From Octopus sinensis (taxonomy: Eukaryota): a stretch of DNA of 64,000 nt. The position numbers were made by a program, and so were the translations under genes. Position 1 is the first letter of the stretch, and each line of letters starts with the position of its first letter. The notes below the pieces were generated by a model that did not search any database, was not told where the DNA came from, and saw only the letters and a list, made by a program, of their open reading frames with translations. This document shows positions 36,491 through 50,289 of this stretch, piece after piece. The stretch covers positions 94,426,001 through 94,490,000 of the forward strand of contig NC_042998.1 in NCBI RefSeq assembly GCF_006345805.1. The letters run 5' to 3'.

Positions 36491-37406
36491 ATTGAGAGAA
36501 TTGATCTCGGTATTGAACTGGTAAATCTTTATGAAGCCCAAGTAGATAAAAGGCAAGGTTAGCATCAATTGTATTTGAACCCAGAGAACACAGAAAGCGT
36601 TAACTAATACTAAGTATGATGTTGTCTATGGTCATTGTTCTATCATTTCTGCACATTTACCACATTATCAATGGTATATTTTATCTTTTGTTCCATATTG
36701 AACTATAGACATGCTGTGGCACCACCTTGAAGACTTTGGTCAACCAAATCAACTTCAGTTCTTATTTTTTTTTCAGTTTGGTACTTGTTCTATTGAGCTC
36801 TTTTGCTGAACTGCTAAGTTATGGGGGGACATAAACTAATACTGGCAGGGTGGGGGAACAAACACAAACACACACATTGTAGGCTTCCACACAGTTTCTT
36901 TGTACACAATTCACTCAAGGCATTAATCGGCCCAATGTGCCACACAGTGGGACCGAACCCTAAATCACATGGTTACCTACCTTTTTTTAAAAAAAGGCGT
37001 ATTGTGATTTCTCTATTAAGACTTAGGTCGTTTAATGATTTTTGATTCCTGATAATTAATCATGGGAGAAAATAAGTTGATGGAATTTGTCCAAGTATTC
37101 AAGTAGAGTGACTGTCATCTGGATCAGGTTCAGGCTTATCTATCTAGCCTTAAGGGGCACCAGTTGTTTGACTTTTGTATCTGAAAAATCAGGAAGATGA
37201 TGATAGTTCTAAATGTTGTCTAGCGAAGTTTCTTTCTCACATCTCAAAGCAATCATCTTTAACAGGTTATGCAATCAATGTAGTACAGCCTTCAGCAACT
37301 CACTGATTCACTTATATTTCAGTATGTATATGTATGTATGTTTATATATATATATATATATATATATTTATTTATTTATTTATTTATAAAAGTGTGTGTA
37401 TGTATG

Positions 37407-37445
<39 letters not shown>

Positions 37446-37497
37446 CATCATCATGATATATATATATATATGCATGCACATATTACATTATATTATA

Positions 37498-37540
<43 letters not shown>

Positions 37541-39044
37541 CTGTGTGCACGCTCACACATAAACAGTAGGAAAACCTGCAAACTAGATATAATGTAATAA
37601 AATAATGCTCCAGTATGGCCAAAACTTAACAGTACAAACCAACAAAAATGCTGGTATTCCTGTTCAGAACTGACTCATTTTCAACACAGCTTATCAAGAC
37701 TACTTTGTACCCCCCCCCACTTTTTTTTATTCATAATATTTTTAGATTTTATTTCTCATTCAAGACTATACAATATAAATATATTTTCTTTTCTCTCGGT
37801 ATCAAATGTTAGTAATTAAGTATAAATTAAGTTGGGGTATTTCTCTCTTTTACTCATTCCTGGTTTTGAGTTTTTCTTTTTTTTTTTTCTTTGGTTAGAT
37901 TTCACTGAGAAATAAGTTTCTGAAATAATTTTGGAAGTTTTCTCTAAATAAAATTATGTCCATTTAGATTATTTTACTGTTATTAATATTAATAAAGTAT
38001 TTTCCCGATATGATGCAATTTTTATCACAGAAAAACTAAAAATGAATGAAGCTGGAATAGTCTGTAAACATTTTGAAGTGTGGGGTCGGGGTGGGGAGAG
38101 ATTTGTGATCCAGCATCAACAAGTCTTTATAATCGAAGATTAGTATTTAATTAAGTCATTGTTGTTGAATGAATGAGTCTTGACCTCTCACTCCTTTTTT
38201 TCTTAAGGTAGTTTATGTATAGATATACACACACACACACACACATATTCCTTTCAAAACATGAAAAATTAGTTCCCGCCCTTTCATTTCTAAACCAGCC
38301 TTGTACAGTAAACTACAGCTTTTAACAAGCAGAATTGAACCAGCTTTCTGCGCTACTACCAATTTTCAGACTGGTGACCTATTTTCCACGCAGCTCTTCT
38401 CTTCCTGCTTAGTTCAACGCAGTTGCTCGCTTACTGATCAATTCTTTTAGTTTTTCTTTCTTTTCTTTTTTTTTTTTTTTTTTTACTTTTTGTTTGTTTG
38501 TGTGTTTGTTGTACTTTTATTTTTCTCAGCAAGGTTAAAACTGTTGTTGACAGTGATTGTGACAGAAATTTCAGTCACCTGCTTTACTCTCTCTTTCTTT
38601 CTTTCGTTCACTCTCCCTTTTTCTTTCATTCACTCTTTCGTTCTGTCTCTTTCTACGTTTGCCTTTAAAAAAAATTGATAAAAATCTTTTTTTTATATAT
38701 TTCATTAATATTCTATTTTAAGATTCTCGAAGAGTTTATATATAATTTTATATTTAAAAAATGGAAAAAGCCTCTGCTGGTGCTTAACTTTCTTTTTTAT
38801 TGTTTTTTATTTTAAGCAAGTATTAATTCTAAAAACAAGTGTGGGTGTATGTATAATAGATATCTGGAAAAATAATTCTAAAAGTGAGACCTAATTTCTT
38901 ATTTATTAATTTAATGTTATCTTTTTCGTTACTTGATGGTATTTCCCAGAGAATTACAAAATAGCTCTTTCAAAATTTTCTCGAGAGTTAATCTTTTCTT
39001 CATTCATTGGAATTCATTCCTTGTTTTTTCTTTTATTTGCGGGA

Positions 39045-39670
39045 TTCTAATTCGTTCAGAAACGTCATTATCGATAGCTTATATTCCAAGTTCGAAACCC
39101 GCCCGGGTCGACTTCGCCATTCATCCTTCCTGAGTCGATAAAATTAAGTGCAAAAATCTGTTTTAATCAATTTTCCTCTCCCTCAACACCGAGATTCACT
39201 TTGTATTTCACTCCCTCACACAGCAGGGGATTGTAAATACCAGTAATGTATTTTGGTCGATTAAATTAATTACACTCCCTCATTCAATAGCTGTATCCTT
39301 GTACCAAGACGAGAAATTATTCATCATTATTATAATTGTTGGTTAGGCGGCATTTCGCCCAACTAAGATTTTGAGTTCAAATTTCGTTGGGGGTCGGCAA
39401 AATAAGAATCTCTGGAGCAATGTGGTCGTAATTAACAAATCCTTCCTTCTAAAATTGTTGGCTTCGTGCAAGAAGAATCGTTAGCATGCCAGACAAACTG
39501 CTTCCGCAACATTTCGCCCGAGTTCAAATGCAGCCAAGGTTGACTTTACCTTTCATCCCTTCGGGGTCAATGGATTAAGTACAGTTTAGCATTTTGGTCA
39601 GTGTAATTCGACTATCCCCCTCCCCCAAATTTCAGACTTTGTTCCTATATTTAAAAGGATTATTATTATT
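39045..39670 (+). mobile_element. Cluster of three partial SINE family B copies
   Basis: 39045-39165, 39335-39470 and 39470-39670 each match parts of family B (gtcgacttcgccattcatccttcc, gagttcaaat, ctttcatcccttcggggtc). Confidence 0.72.
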
Positions 39671-40871
39671 AGAGCATAATATAGTGCTGAACCAAATAAA
39701 TTGAAGTGTGCCTTTATCTTTGTGGGGCCAATTAAAGCAACAGTAACCTCTCTCCCTATATTTGTGACTTTGCGTCTATACTAGAGAATCGTTGTCATTA
39801 TTTAGACTAGTTTATTTAATGTCACTATAAAATCTCCAAGCCTGTTGTGTAATTCATAAAGTGTTTCTAAAAATATTCGAATATTGAAAAATATTTTAAA
39901 ATCAAAAGCAATGTTTATTGTAGTTTAATAAATGATATTTTCTGTTATAGTATTGGTACTCTCTCAATATATTTGTTGATGTCTTTCTTACCAAAGTGAA
40001 TGCTACTGGATGTCAAATGAAGCTTATATTTTTACTTTTACACCTTGTTTTGTTGATAAATTTGATGCAGTCTTTAATTTAGTGTCAACATATTTAGTAT
40101 ATAATTTTTTTTTTAGTTTCTCCAGAAAGATTTCATTATTAAATTTCTAAGACTATTTTGCTTTTGGTGTAGATGTTTTTTCTATCTTTCACATTCATTG
40201 ACTCTTGCAAGCATTGTTCTGTATAGTCTGAAATAGTAAAACATCGTTTAGTGTGGAAGTTTATTGAGAAGCAAGTATGATGTGATGCTAACATAATATT
40301 TCACTAATAAACAAGTTTAAAACCTTTTTTTTTTATTGATTGTTAAAGAAGAATGACAATATTTAATCCAAATTAAATTTGTTATAGAGAATTAGATTTC
40401 GAATCAGTAAAAGATGTTACCTTCTACATTGAAATTCTACAGACTGAAATAAGTTTAAAGGTGGAATGTCAGTATTAAGTGGGAGTGTTTCTACTGCTGT
40501 GGTTGATACATATAAAAGACCCAAATAAAAAGTGGTATTATTTATTCTCAGCATCAGCACTCTTTGGTATTTGTATAAAAGTGATGCATTCTGAACTCCC
40601 TACTCAAATTTTGTCTCACCTTTTGCCTGTCCAGAGCATTTTCATTAAGTTTATCCTAAATGTTTATGCTTGTTTTCGGATTTTTACTTAGCCTTTGTTT
40701 CATACTTTCTGAGTAATTAAAGCCTTCTTTTCATAAGACCCAAGTTATTCTGTTGGTTGCAAAAAAATTGGGAATATGTATCATATATGATGCAGGGATA
40801 CCAGGGGAAAAAATATGTCCTGTTTATCACATAGGACTGGCAAAAGGTTAAAAATAAAGATTTTTGCTTAA

Positions 40872-41091
40872 CCCTTTAGTGTTTAAACCTGCCATATTTG
40901 GCCCAGATATTCTATATGTTTTATATTCAAACTGGCGATATCTAGCCTCTCACACCTAATGTACATTGACACTCTAAAAATAAACAATCACATCATTGAA
41001 ACTTCAAAGCTATAAGATAATGCATGATTAATTCAAAACAATTTGAGTGATAACGGATTGCATTTAACAGAGTAATCTGAACACTAAAGGG
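40872..41091 (+). mobile_element. piggyBac-type MITE family A, complete
   Basis: TTAA-CCCTTTAG...CTAAAGGG-TTAA. Confidence 0.88.
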
Positions 41092-41904
41092 TTAAACCTT
41101 ATATTACTGTGATTGTACAAGAGCAAGGGGATATATTTACCTAAGTGAACGAAATTTGAATTTAAAATTACTAAAATATATCTTGAATGGTTAATTAAGG
41201 CTTTAGGTTCTTACACGGCTTCCAAAGCTTCCACAATATTTGATGTCTTGTAGATAATGTTAAGAATTGTCATTCCTTTAATAGCATTTGCTGTAATCTT
41301 TCTTTTCTATTTCAATTTCCAAGAGACCAGCCATGATAAGTTGTCTCATATTTCTACTCTGGCAGTTTTAGTCTCTTTGAGTCTCTCCATTCAAATTAAT
41401 GAATTTATTTGAGCGGAAGATGTTTTTTGAGACTATTTTTCCTGTTGACTTTGGTAAGAAATTAGAAAATTGTTCAATTTAGCCGATGTGTCTCACAAGC
41501 ATTATAAATTTAATGGCTTATAAAACGAGAGCAAATTTATCTTTTATCGTGGAAGATACAAAATAAACTATTTGTGAATAAAAAAAATAAAGCAAGCCCA
41601 GCAAAAAAAAAAAACTATTCTATGTGAAGTTTCAGTGCAAAGAAACAATAGTTAGCAATTTGATCTTATTTTAAAGGTGGTTGGCAGCAGTTAAGGAAAA
41701 CAATATATTTATGACTTAACATTTAATTCCAGGTTCAACAATGTGCAACTAGCATCTACCATAATTAGTAAAAAAACATTAGAAAGATATAGTGTTTTTG
41801 CATTGCTGTTAATAAAGCTAGATTGAAAAGAAAAAAACCCTCAATTCTGATTTTTTTTTAACATACTAGGAAATTTTGTATCTTATTGTTTATCCATATA
41901 TATA

Positions 41905-42058
41905 TATACTTTTTACTCTTTTAATTGTTTCAGTCATTTGACTGGCCATGCTGGAGCACCGACTTATTCTTTGTAAGCCTAGTACTTATTCTATCAGTCT
42001 CTTTTGCTGAACCACTAAGTTATGGGAACGTAAACACACCAGCATCGGTTGTCAAGCG

Positions 42059-42097
<39 letters not shown>

Positions 42098-42265
42098 CAT
42101 ATATACGACGGGCTTCTTTCAGTTTCCGCCTACCAAATCCACTCACAAGGCTTTGGTCGGTGCTAGGCTATAGTAGAAGACACATGCCCAAGGTGCCACG
42201 CAGTGGGACTGAACCCGGAACCATGTGGTTGGTAAGCAAGCTACTTAACACACAGCCACTCCTGC

Positions 42266-42268
<3 letters not shown>
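41905..42268 (-). mobile_element. SINE family A, near full length
   Basis: Reverse complement of family A with many CpGs retained. Confidence 0.9.
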
Positions 42269-42306
<38 letters not shown>

Positions 42307-42341
42307 TATATATGGCCACAGTCAAATGACTGAAACAAAGT

Positions 42342-42500
42342 ACAGGTATGGTTGTGTGGTTAAGAAGCTTGCTTCAGAACCATTTAATTAGGGGTTCAGT
42401 CCCACTGCATGAATACTGTCAGCCGGTGTCAAGTTAACCAATGTCTTGTAATTGAAATTTGTAGTTAAAAACAAGGAAAAGCCCATCGTGTGCGTATGTG
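42342..42500 (+). mobile_element. SINE family A head fragment
   Basis: ggttgtgtggttaagaagcttgct...ggttcagtcccactgc. Confidence 0.7.
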
Positions 42501-43199
42501 TGACTGAATTTGTATTCTCCCTCATCTTGACACATGCATTCTGGTTATAAGTAAATCCCCCACCTATTTATTCAAATGTGTTGGTTGTTTGTAGTCCACC
42601 ATGAAAGCATGTTTGAGCTTCATGACATTTCTTGTCATGCATGTGTTGGTTGTGAACAAAAGCAAGATGACCAGAGGAAGATGTCAAGAAATGCATGAGT
42701 TTATGTATGTTGTATGTGGTTTCTGGACCTGTCGTGGATGTAAAGCGCTACTGCTTGGGTGGAGTAAACAGCATAATGATACATATGTAATAGATGGCCA
42801 TGTATGGAGAAGGCACAGAAGTGCACATAAGGGCAATTTAACATGTGAGGTTATTGTTTTTTTCCCCTTTCTTTTAGAGAAAGGTTATTAATCCATTATT
42901 ATTATTATTTCTCCAATCCACTCAGCTGACAAAAATGAGTTGTACTACATTAGTGTTAAGTTTAGCTTCATGGTAAAACACTTGACTGGTAATCACCAAG
43001 TCTCATGGTTGGCCGCTGACAAATTTTTCTGCAATATAAGGATTATCTATCCTATACATGATGTTCAGCAGTACTCTGCGTTCGAGAATAAACTATTTCC
43101 ATATCTGTATACTACATTAACGTTTATGCATGTTTGTGGAATATTCAGCCTCTTGCATTTTAATTTCACCAGCAGCTTGTTCCATTGATTGAATCAACT

Positions 43200-43490
43200 G
43201 GAACACTCGTCATAACTGATGGAGTGCCAGTTATTTATCCAAATTGGGTTAGGTGTCTTTAACCAGAAAATTAACTGTTGTTCATGATGGGAAATGAGAT
43301 ATTGGCAGTCTGTGGTATTGTATATTACTGCAGATGGTGAAATGAATTTATGTGTAGTCTAGAGAATTGAAGTGAGCTGCTATAGACCTCAGCTAATGAT
43401 GTTGCATTGGATGTGCAACAAGTATTCTTTAAGATGTTCAGCCAGTTGTCAACCAGTTTACCAAATGTACAATAAGTTACAACCTCTATT
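43200..43490 (-). pseudogene. Penelope-like GIY-YIG endonuclease C-terminal remnant
   Basis: Hand translation: YIW*TG*QLAEHLKEYLLHIQ, AAHFNS and HEQQLIFWLKTPNPIWIN, matching YIGQTGRxLxxRxxEH...VAxHFN...ExxxIxxLxTLxPxGIN. Confidence 0.65.
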
Positions 43491-43509
43491 AACTTCATTC
43501 ACATTTCTA

Positions 43510-43700
43510 TAGAAGCACTGGTGATGGTGCTACATAAAAAGCATCCAGTGCACTCTGAAGTGGTTGGCATTAGGAAGGGCATCCAACTGTAGAAACCAAG
43601 CGAAAACAGACTATGGAACCTGATGCAGCTCTTAGCTTTGCCAGTTCCTGTCAAGCCGTCCAACTCATGCCAGCATGGAAAATGAATGCGAAATGACGAT
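43510..43700 (+). mobile_element. RTE LINE 3'-end fragment
   Basis: gtggttggcattaggaagggcatccaactgtagaaacc...gccagcatggaaaa. Confidence 0.8.
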
Positions 43701-43739
43701 GCTGTTCCATCTTTTACAAACCCACTGACTCTCATTCCA

Positions 43740-44900
43740 CCACACTCACATCAGTCCCCTATCCTCAGCTCACAATTCTTTGGTCTCTATAGCTGAGACT
43801 GACTTTGGTGCTTAGCCATATCATTTCCTATAACAGGTTTACTCCCAACCAATTGCTGATACTATCCACACTATTTATCATACCTCCGTTTCATCACCAA
43901 CTACCTCTTTCCTCTCACCTACCATTTATCTACCTAATTCTCCAGTGCACCAACATAAAGAGCTTCTGCCTCTTCTATTATTTCCAGCATCTTTCTTGAA
44001 TTCTTTCATCTGCAGATGGAACCACTTTCTACATCACCTTCTAGTGCAGTTCCTTCATCATTTTCACCTTATCTGGATCTTTTGTTTGCTTCATCTGCAA
44101 CAAACTGTCCCTTTGTCCATAACATCACCATCCATCACAGACCTAATTCATCTTTGTGTATTATCAAATATTTCATTTGTACTTCCTAGATCATCTCTCA
44201 CATAAAATGCCAGTTCTTGCTGACAGTTTCACAGAACAGTTCTTCAATGTCCGATACTACTGTGGATCTTTCAGGCTTGTGACCCATCGTTTAATTTCTC
44301 CAAGTCAAACCAACTTGCATCTCATCATCATCATGCTGTCTTCTTTGCTGGTATGGATTGGACAGTTTGACAAGAGCTGGCAAGCCAGAGAACTGCACCA
44401 AGCTCCACATAACATTGTACAACATCACAGATTTGTTTCCTGTCTGTATTTTGAGCAACATTTAATTTTGTGGTCTAGGATGCATAATCAAATTATGTAT
44501 AAAAACACTACTTTCCTCTCCAAAACACGGCCCTATACTGATAACCTTGTGCTGTCCACTTGCTTCCTCCCACACTGTCATACTCATTGGTTACACCCAA
44601 ACTACAGCACTCTACATTTAATCCTTAGAACACATACACATGCTTATACATAGTTCCATACACACACACAACATATTCACTTCCTTACACTTTCCTATTC
44701 TCATGTCACTTATCTCCCCTAGCTCTTGCTCTTTTGGCTATAAACAACCATTCTACACACTTCTATTGTATTCACTTCCATTCTATTATTCACCATGCTG
44801 CCTTACTGAAATCAACAGTCTTTCCCCCCATTCCCCTCATTCTCCCTTCTGTTCCTGATAAAGGACCACTCTCCAAAATATTGTATTGATTTGATAATTC
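43740..44900 (+). mobile_element. Penelope-like element 3' region (GIY-YIG remnant, pyrimidine-rich tail, decayed hammerhead), interrupted by an RTE tail at 44320-44410
   Basis: Hand translation: NCPFVHNITIHHRPNSS...YFICTS, LADSFTEQF..VR, FEQHLIL; then CTGATAAAGGA-ccactc-TCCAAAA at 44855-44878. Confidence 0.6.
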
Positions 44901-45682
44901 TCATTCATTGTTGATTTTCATTTACTTTGTTTTTCTTGTAGCTCAGATTATTTTAAATTTTAGACCTAATATAAAATAGATATTTCATCCATATATTAGC
45001 AGTGAAAATATATTACTGAAAGGATGAAAAAAACCTTATTATTCGTTTAGTTATATAACAACAGTCATCTGATTTATATTTTTCAGGTTGACAATATTAT
45101 CTCACTTGTAATTTAAATGCCTCCTAAACCTTGAAGGAGGCTGTTAATTAAGGACCTGTTTAGTTTCAGTTTCATTGCATTAAGTAGATGAATGTTAAAT
45201 CTTCCCTTGTAAAATTTAAATATAATTTATTTATTGTTGTTGCTGTGTTTGCTTAGCCCTAGGATCCAGTGGATCTGTTGTTTATTTCTGCTTTATCAAC
45301 CATCTTATGGTTGCTGCTTAACTCAGTAAATTTGGTTAAGTTCTCTAAATCATAGGTAAAAATCTATTCTTGATTTAACTTTTTTTAGTAGATATTTTCT
45401 TATGTTAACAAAACCTATCTTTCAAAATAAATTTTTAAAAATAAATAGTAAATTGAATGAGTTAGTGAAGACAAATTTCAGTTGATGAATTTTTCAGCAG
45501 CAATCTATGATAGAAAGTGTTCCAACCATGATCAACTTGTCTCTTAATTTTTCATCAGGTATTCTGTATCTATGACTCACACAGTAGTGTGTTTTGAGGA
45601 GGTTTGCCTACTAATCTTAGCAGGTCAAGTTACTGTATTGATACCCTCTCATTGGTTCATTTATAACAAAGGTAATATTCCT

Positions 45683-45865
45683 TTTTATTATAGGTACAAG
45701 GTCTGAAATTTTGGAGGAGGGGGCTAAGTCAGTTACATCGATCCCAGTGCTCAACTGGTACTTATTTTATTAACTCTGAAAGAATGAAAGGCGAAGTCAA
45801 ACATGGCAGAATTTGAACTAAGAACATTAAAATGGGTGAACTGCCACTAAGCATTTTGTTTGGTG
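45683..45865 (-). mobile_element. SINE family B
   Basis: ggtacaaggtctgaaattttgg...atcgatcccagtgctcaactggtac...gaaaggcgaagtcaa. Confidence 0.78.
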
Positions 45866-47201
45866 TGCTAAAAAAAAAAATTCCCAGAGAGTTTTGGTGT
45901 ATATCCCTGGCAGTTAGGTGAATTTAGAGTGGTGATGGGCAACCTGCAGCCCATGGGTGTTTCTGAATGACTTACCTAACAAAAAATTACCTTCAATTTT
46001 TTTTAGTGGTGCTTCCTGCCTGACAATAGTCCATGTCTCATGTGGCCCACGTTTTAGAAAGATTTCATGAGAATGTAGAATAAATTCAGTGAATCAACTT
46101 CAGTGAATTTGAACTCTCGACATCAAATGATTAGTTTAATATCATAACCACTCATCCATCAGTCTTATTCTTATTGCAACTTGCTATTAATTTTTGCTAT
46201 ATATTATCCATCTCAGTGTACTAAATTGGTTAAGCTTTCTAAAACATTGGTAAATCTATTAAGTTGATTTTTCTTGTTGCATTAACAAAACTTACTCCCC
46301 AGAATCAATTTTCTAGAATATGTAGTAAATTGGATAAGTTAGCTTTGGCAAATTTTCGTAAATTAATTCTTCAGCAGCAACTTAGCATATTTTGATGTGT
46401 ACTTAATCACTCTTAGCAATTTAACAAGATTGCATTAAAAAAATTATTGTTATGAATGTTATGTCTTTCCATGACGAAAAATATACAACCCAACATAGGT
46501 TAGTGGTTAGTAACTTCAGATTTAGAGCTAAATGGACTCAGAGACATCAGTTTGGAAAAAGAGCATATGGAATCTTAAAGTGATGGGAAAGAAAATAGGT
46601 TTACACATCAAGGGCATTTCGAATTCTTTATCCTCGAGATGGAGACTGTTGTCTTTAATGGATGGCAACTAGCTGGGTTTTGACTATTAGTAAACCATTT
46701 TCACAAATATAAATGTATTTTAGATTAAAATCTACTTGTATTTTTTGCTACTTAAGCATTTGAACTGTCCATCAACTGACTTTCATTTGTTAAATCAGTT
46801 ATATTACATCAAATAACTAGTTTAAGGGGCTTGTGGTTCTCTCCATTCTCAGATTGTGCCTGTAGGTCAGAGAGCACGACTTTCTACTTCAGGAAAACCC
46901 TCTTTGACATTTTCAAGTTCTACCTGGAAAGGAGAGGGTGGAGAGAAAAGTGCTCTTTACCAGTGAATTTCTAAAAAGGTAGGTGATAGTAGTGGAAATG
47001 TTAAGAATGAATGGATCTACTTTCAGTATGCACCTGTGGGCCAGAGAATAACAGTTGGGAATGGGCATTTACCCTTGGTGATCATCGAGATCTTGGGTCA
47101 GTTGATCCCTTTGTTGCCCTTAGAAGTTTTTCTGTATCAAGAGGAATGTATATTCTCTTATTCATAAACTTTGTTTACTTTTTAATCTCCTTCAGTTTTT
47201 G

Positions 47202-47258
47202 TATAAACCTCCACACTATGTATAAACCTTCACACTATGTATAAACCTCCACAATATG
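47202..47258. repeat. 3 x 19-bp tandem repeat tataaacctccacactatg
   Basis: Units at 47202, 47221 and 47240 with single substitutions. Confidence 0.9.
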
Positions 47259-48340
47259 TAGCTAGTTTTTGTAATGTCTCCTTCATCCAATGACCTTGTG
47301 GCAAATGAAAGAAATTATCATTGTCATTATTTTTATTACACGGACGTTAACACTGTCTATTAATACTGTCTATTATTTCTGAACCACCTTGCACAGTTTT
47401 GTCACTAACATTGATCCATAGTTTTTCTGTAGATTTTTTTTTTTCTTTTTCTAATTTATTTTTGGCTCTCCATCTGTTAAGCACACATATTAACAGGTTA
47501 GTACTACTTGCTTAGTCATAGGCTGAAATGATGCTGGCTGAATCCTATCTGTAATGTGTGTGTGTGTGTGTGTTTACCTTGCGTAATTTTTCAGAGCCAG
47601 TTTGACAAGTCCTTCATTCAGTTGCTGAATGTCATAAAAATGTCAACTACAAAAATGGAAAATCAAACCTAACCAAGGGTTTTATATAACCAGCTAAGTC
47701 AGGAGGCTTTGCAAAGGAAGTAGATATATTTCAGTAGTTAAAATAGACTTGATGATAGAGGCAACAGTTTTGGAGGTGTTCCTTCTTTTTAAAACATATG
47801 GATCACCATCAGTTTCCCCATCCACCTCTACTAAAAAATAAACAAGATAAAAAGAAAATTATTCCTCACAATTAAAGCTGGTATCATTGAAAGTGAAGGA
47901 ATTCCGATGAAACTAACTTTGTCGATATGCTCTTGCTTTCAACCAATCAATAATCATACATTGCAGATTTAATCATGCATATAACTTAATCTCCGAACCC
48001 TCGTTTCATTCAGCTGACGTATATGGTAATGTTTCTGTTTAGCTTGAAATCCTAGGGAGAGATTGCAGAAATGAGTAAAAACTGATTTTGGTTTAATTGT
48101 ATTAAACTTGTTTTACAACATTGTATTGTATGTGATTCTGATTTATTGTGTGCTTAATTAGAATAATTTGAGTTACTGATAAACTCGTTTAATAATAATA
48201 ATAATAATCTACAGATCTTCCATTTTGGTAGGGATTGAATGGATTTATATAATTTTTCATTTTGAACATGTTTTACCCCTAGATTGGGCAGTAATAATTT
48301 TAGCTAAGTAGATAGACTCAAATAATGTGAATGACTTTAA

Positions 48341-48587
48341 CCCTTTTGATTCCAACCAATCTAAGACTGCTCCTGGTTCTATGAAATAAAGCTTCCTTAT
48401 TTTGAAGTGATCAGAATAATACCTTTCTATCAAAACTCCAAGTTAATGTTCCAGACATCAGCTTAATAACGACAGTTATTTTATTTAACTCATCATTTTC
48501 AAAATTAAATGGAAAGAAGTCAATACATTGAAATTTGGCAATGAAATGGTGAAGTACATAGCAACACTGTCATTCTTACTTTAAGGG
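48341..48587 (+). mobile_element. piggyBac-type MITE family B
   Basis: TTAAcccttttgattccaacc...ggttctatga...; degenerate right end. Confidence 0.72.
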
Positions 48588-48889
48588 CTAAGAATTTATT
48601 TCGATAAAAGTACACAGTTAGTGTCAGTATGGGTTAAATTATCAGAAGCCTTCGTTTAACTTTTGCCATAGTCTGTTGTATGGGATGCATATAAAAGAAA
48701 AATCACTCTGGGTCCTATATGTAATGTTGGACCTCCTATAAGCTTTAATGTACTAAACTTTCTTTTTCCTGAATATGTGCTACTGATATTAGGGTACATC
48801 TAATAAACTCGTGCATCTTTTATGCCAACAAGTATGATATATATTCTAATGATAATGAAATATATTCATGTAAGAAAATTTTAATTTAA

Positions 48890-49073
48890 CCTTATTTAGT
48901 TACATTGATTTGAATTAGTCATGCATTCCTCATAGCTTTGAGATTTTGATGATGTGATTGTTTATTTTCAGTAATATTTTAGGGTAAGTGTGAGAGGCTG
49001 GATATGGCCAGTTTGAAAATAAAACAAGTAGAGAATGTTTTGGCTGGATCTGGCTAGTTTAAATGCCAAAAGG
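48890..49073 (-). mobile_element. piggyBac-type MITE family A with internal deletion
   Basis: TTAA-flanked reverse-complement copy (gtgtgagaggctggatatggccagtttg). Confidence 0.78.
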
Positions 49074-50080
49074 TTAAACTAATCTCAAATTTTTAATATA
49101 ATTGTATTCTTTTAATATTTAGAAAAAAACATATGCAAAGTTTTATGGTACCCAAAGGTAGCTGGTTTTGCAGAATTATCATTTTGGTCCAACATATATT
49201 TTGGCTTCTATTATTCCAAATATTCTTTTGATACTTGCATCATCTATACTTCTCACTGTGGGTTAGGATATCTAAAGCTTGACTGAATTTTCATGGTATT
49301 TCCAACACTGCTGTCACTGAGAAATTTTAGTTCCAGAACAAATGCAGATTCTGTGATAATTTTATGGTTGAATTCTCTTTGTAATGCTAACCACATTCAC
49401 CCCATAGTATCAACTCTTGGTTCCCTTGATGTAACTAGATATTAATATCCATATTTAGTTTCACCTGTTTTGTTCATTTATTGTCAAATGATAGTGGCAA
49501 GTAAACAAATATGAAGGTAAAATTTAGTGGCTGTTTTTTTCAGTCTGATTAATTAGAATAATTTGGTACCACTATGTCCAGGACTGTCACTGATTTTATG
49601 ATACAAAAATACACGTTTTAAAATATTTATATTTAAATTAAAACAGTTCATCATAGTTTTTTGACAAACATTTTTGTTTCAAACAGCAGTTTAATAAGGA
49701 GAAAGTTATTTTATTTAAATTAAGACCATAGTCAATTGCATTTCATTAAAAATGTGTTCACAAATAGGTTAATTTTTGGCTATCTTCTAATTAACTTTCA
49801 AACAATCAGAAAACAAAAGTACAAGTTTCTTTGTAAAATAATGATTAATTCATAAATCCCAGGTTATATTATGTTGAAAATTTCTAAAAAGAATGAAACA
49901 AATGCTGCGGATAAACATTTACTAGAAGTTTCAAGCACTTTGTAATAAGTAAAAAAAGTTCTGTGTCTTTTTCCTTAAATTTCAAATTCAAATCTTTAAT
50001 CCCACCAAATATTTTGAAATGATTATCTCCCTTGTAATGACTATTACTGAGATAACACACACATACATACATACATCTAT

Positions 50081-50128
<48 letters not shown>

Positions 50129-50289
50129 CGTAAAACTTTCAATGGTTTCTTTTTTTTTTTTCAAAATTGACAATCCCTAAGAATTTTTTTGCAAATTCAA
50201 AATTACAGTAACAAAAATAAGAATGCAAAAGAATGTCTCTTTCTTATTTATATCCATCCACTTTTTTCACAGTTGTGTTTTGAGAACAC

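Noticed and set aside
44156-44653. 165-aa ORF as a host exon
   Set aside because: It is a chance open frame across a decayed Penelope endonuclease and an inserted RTE tail.
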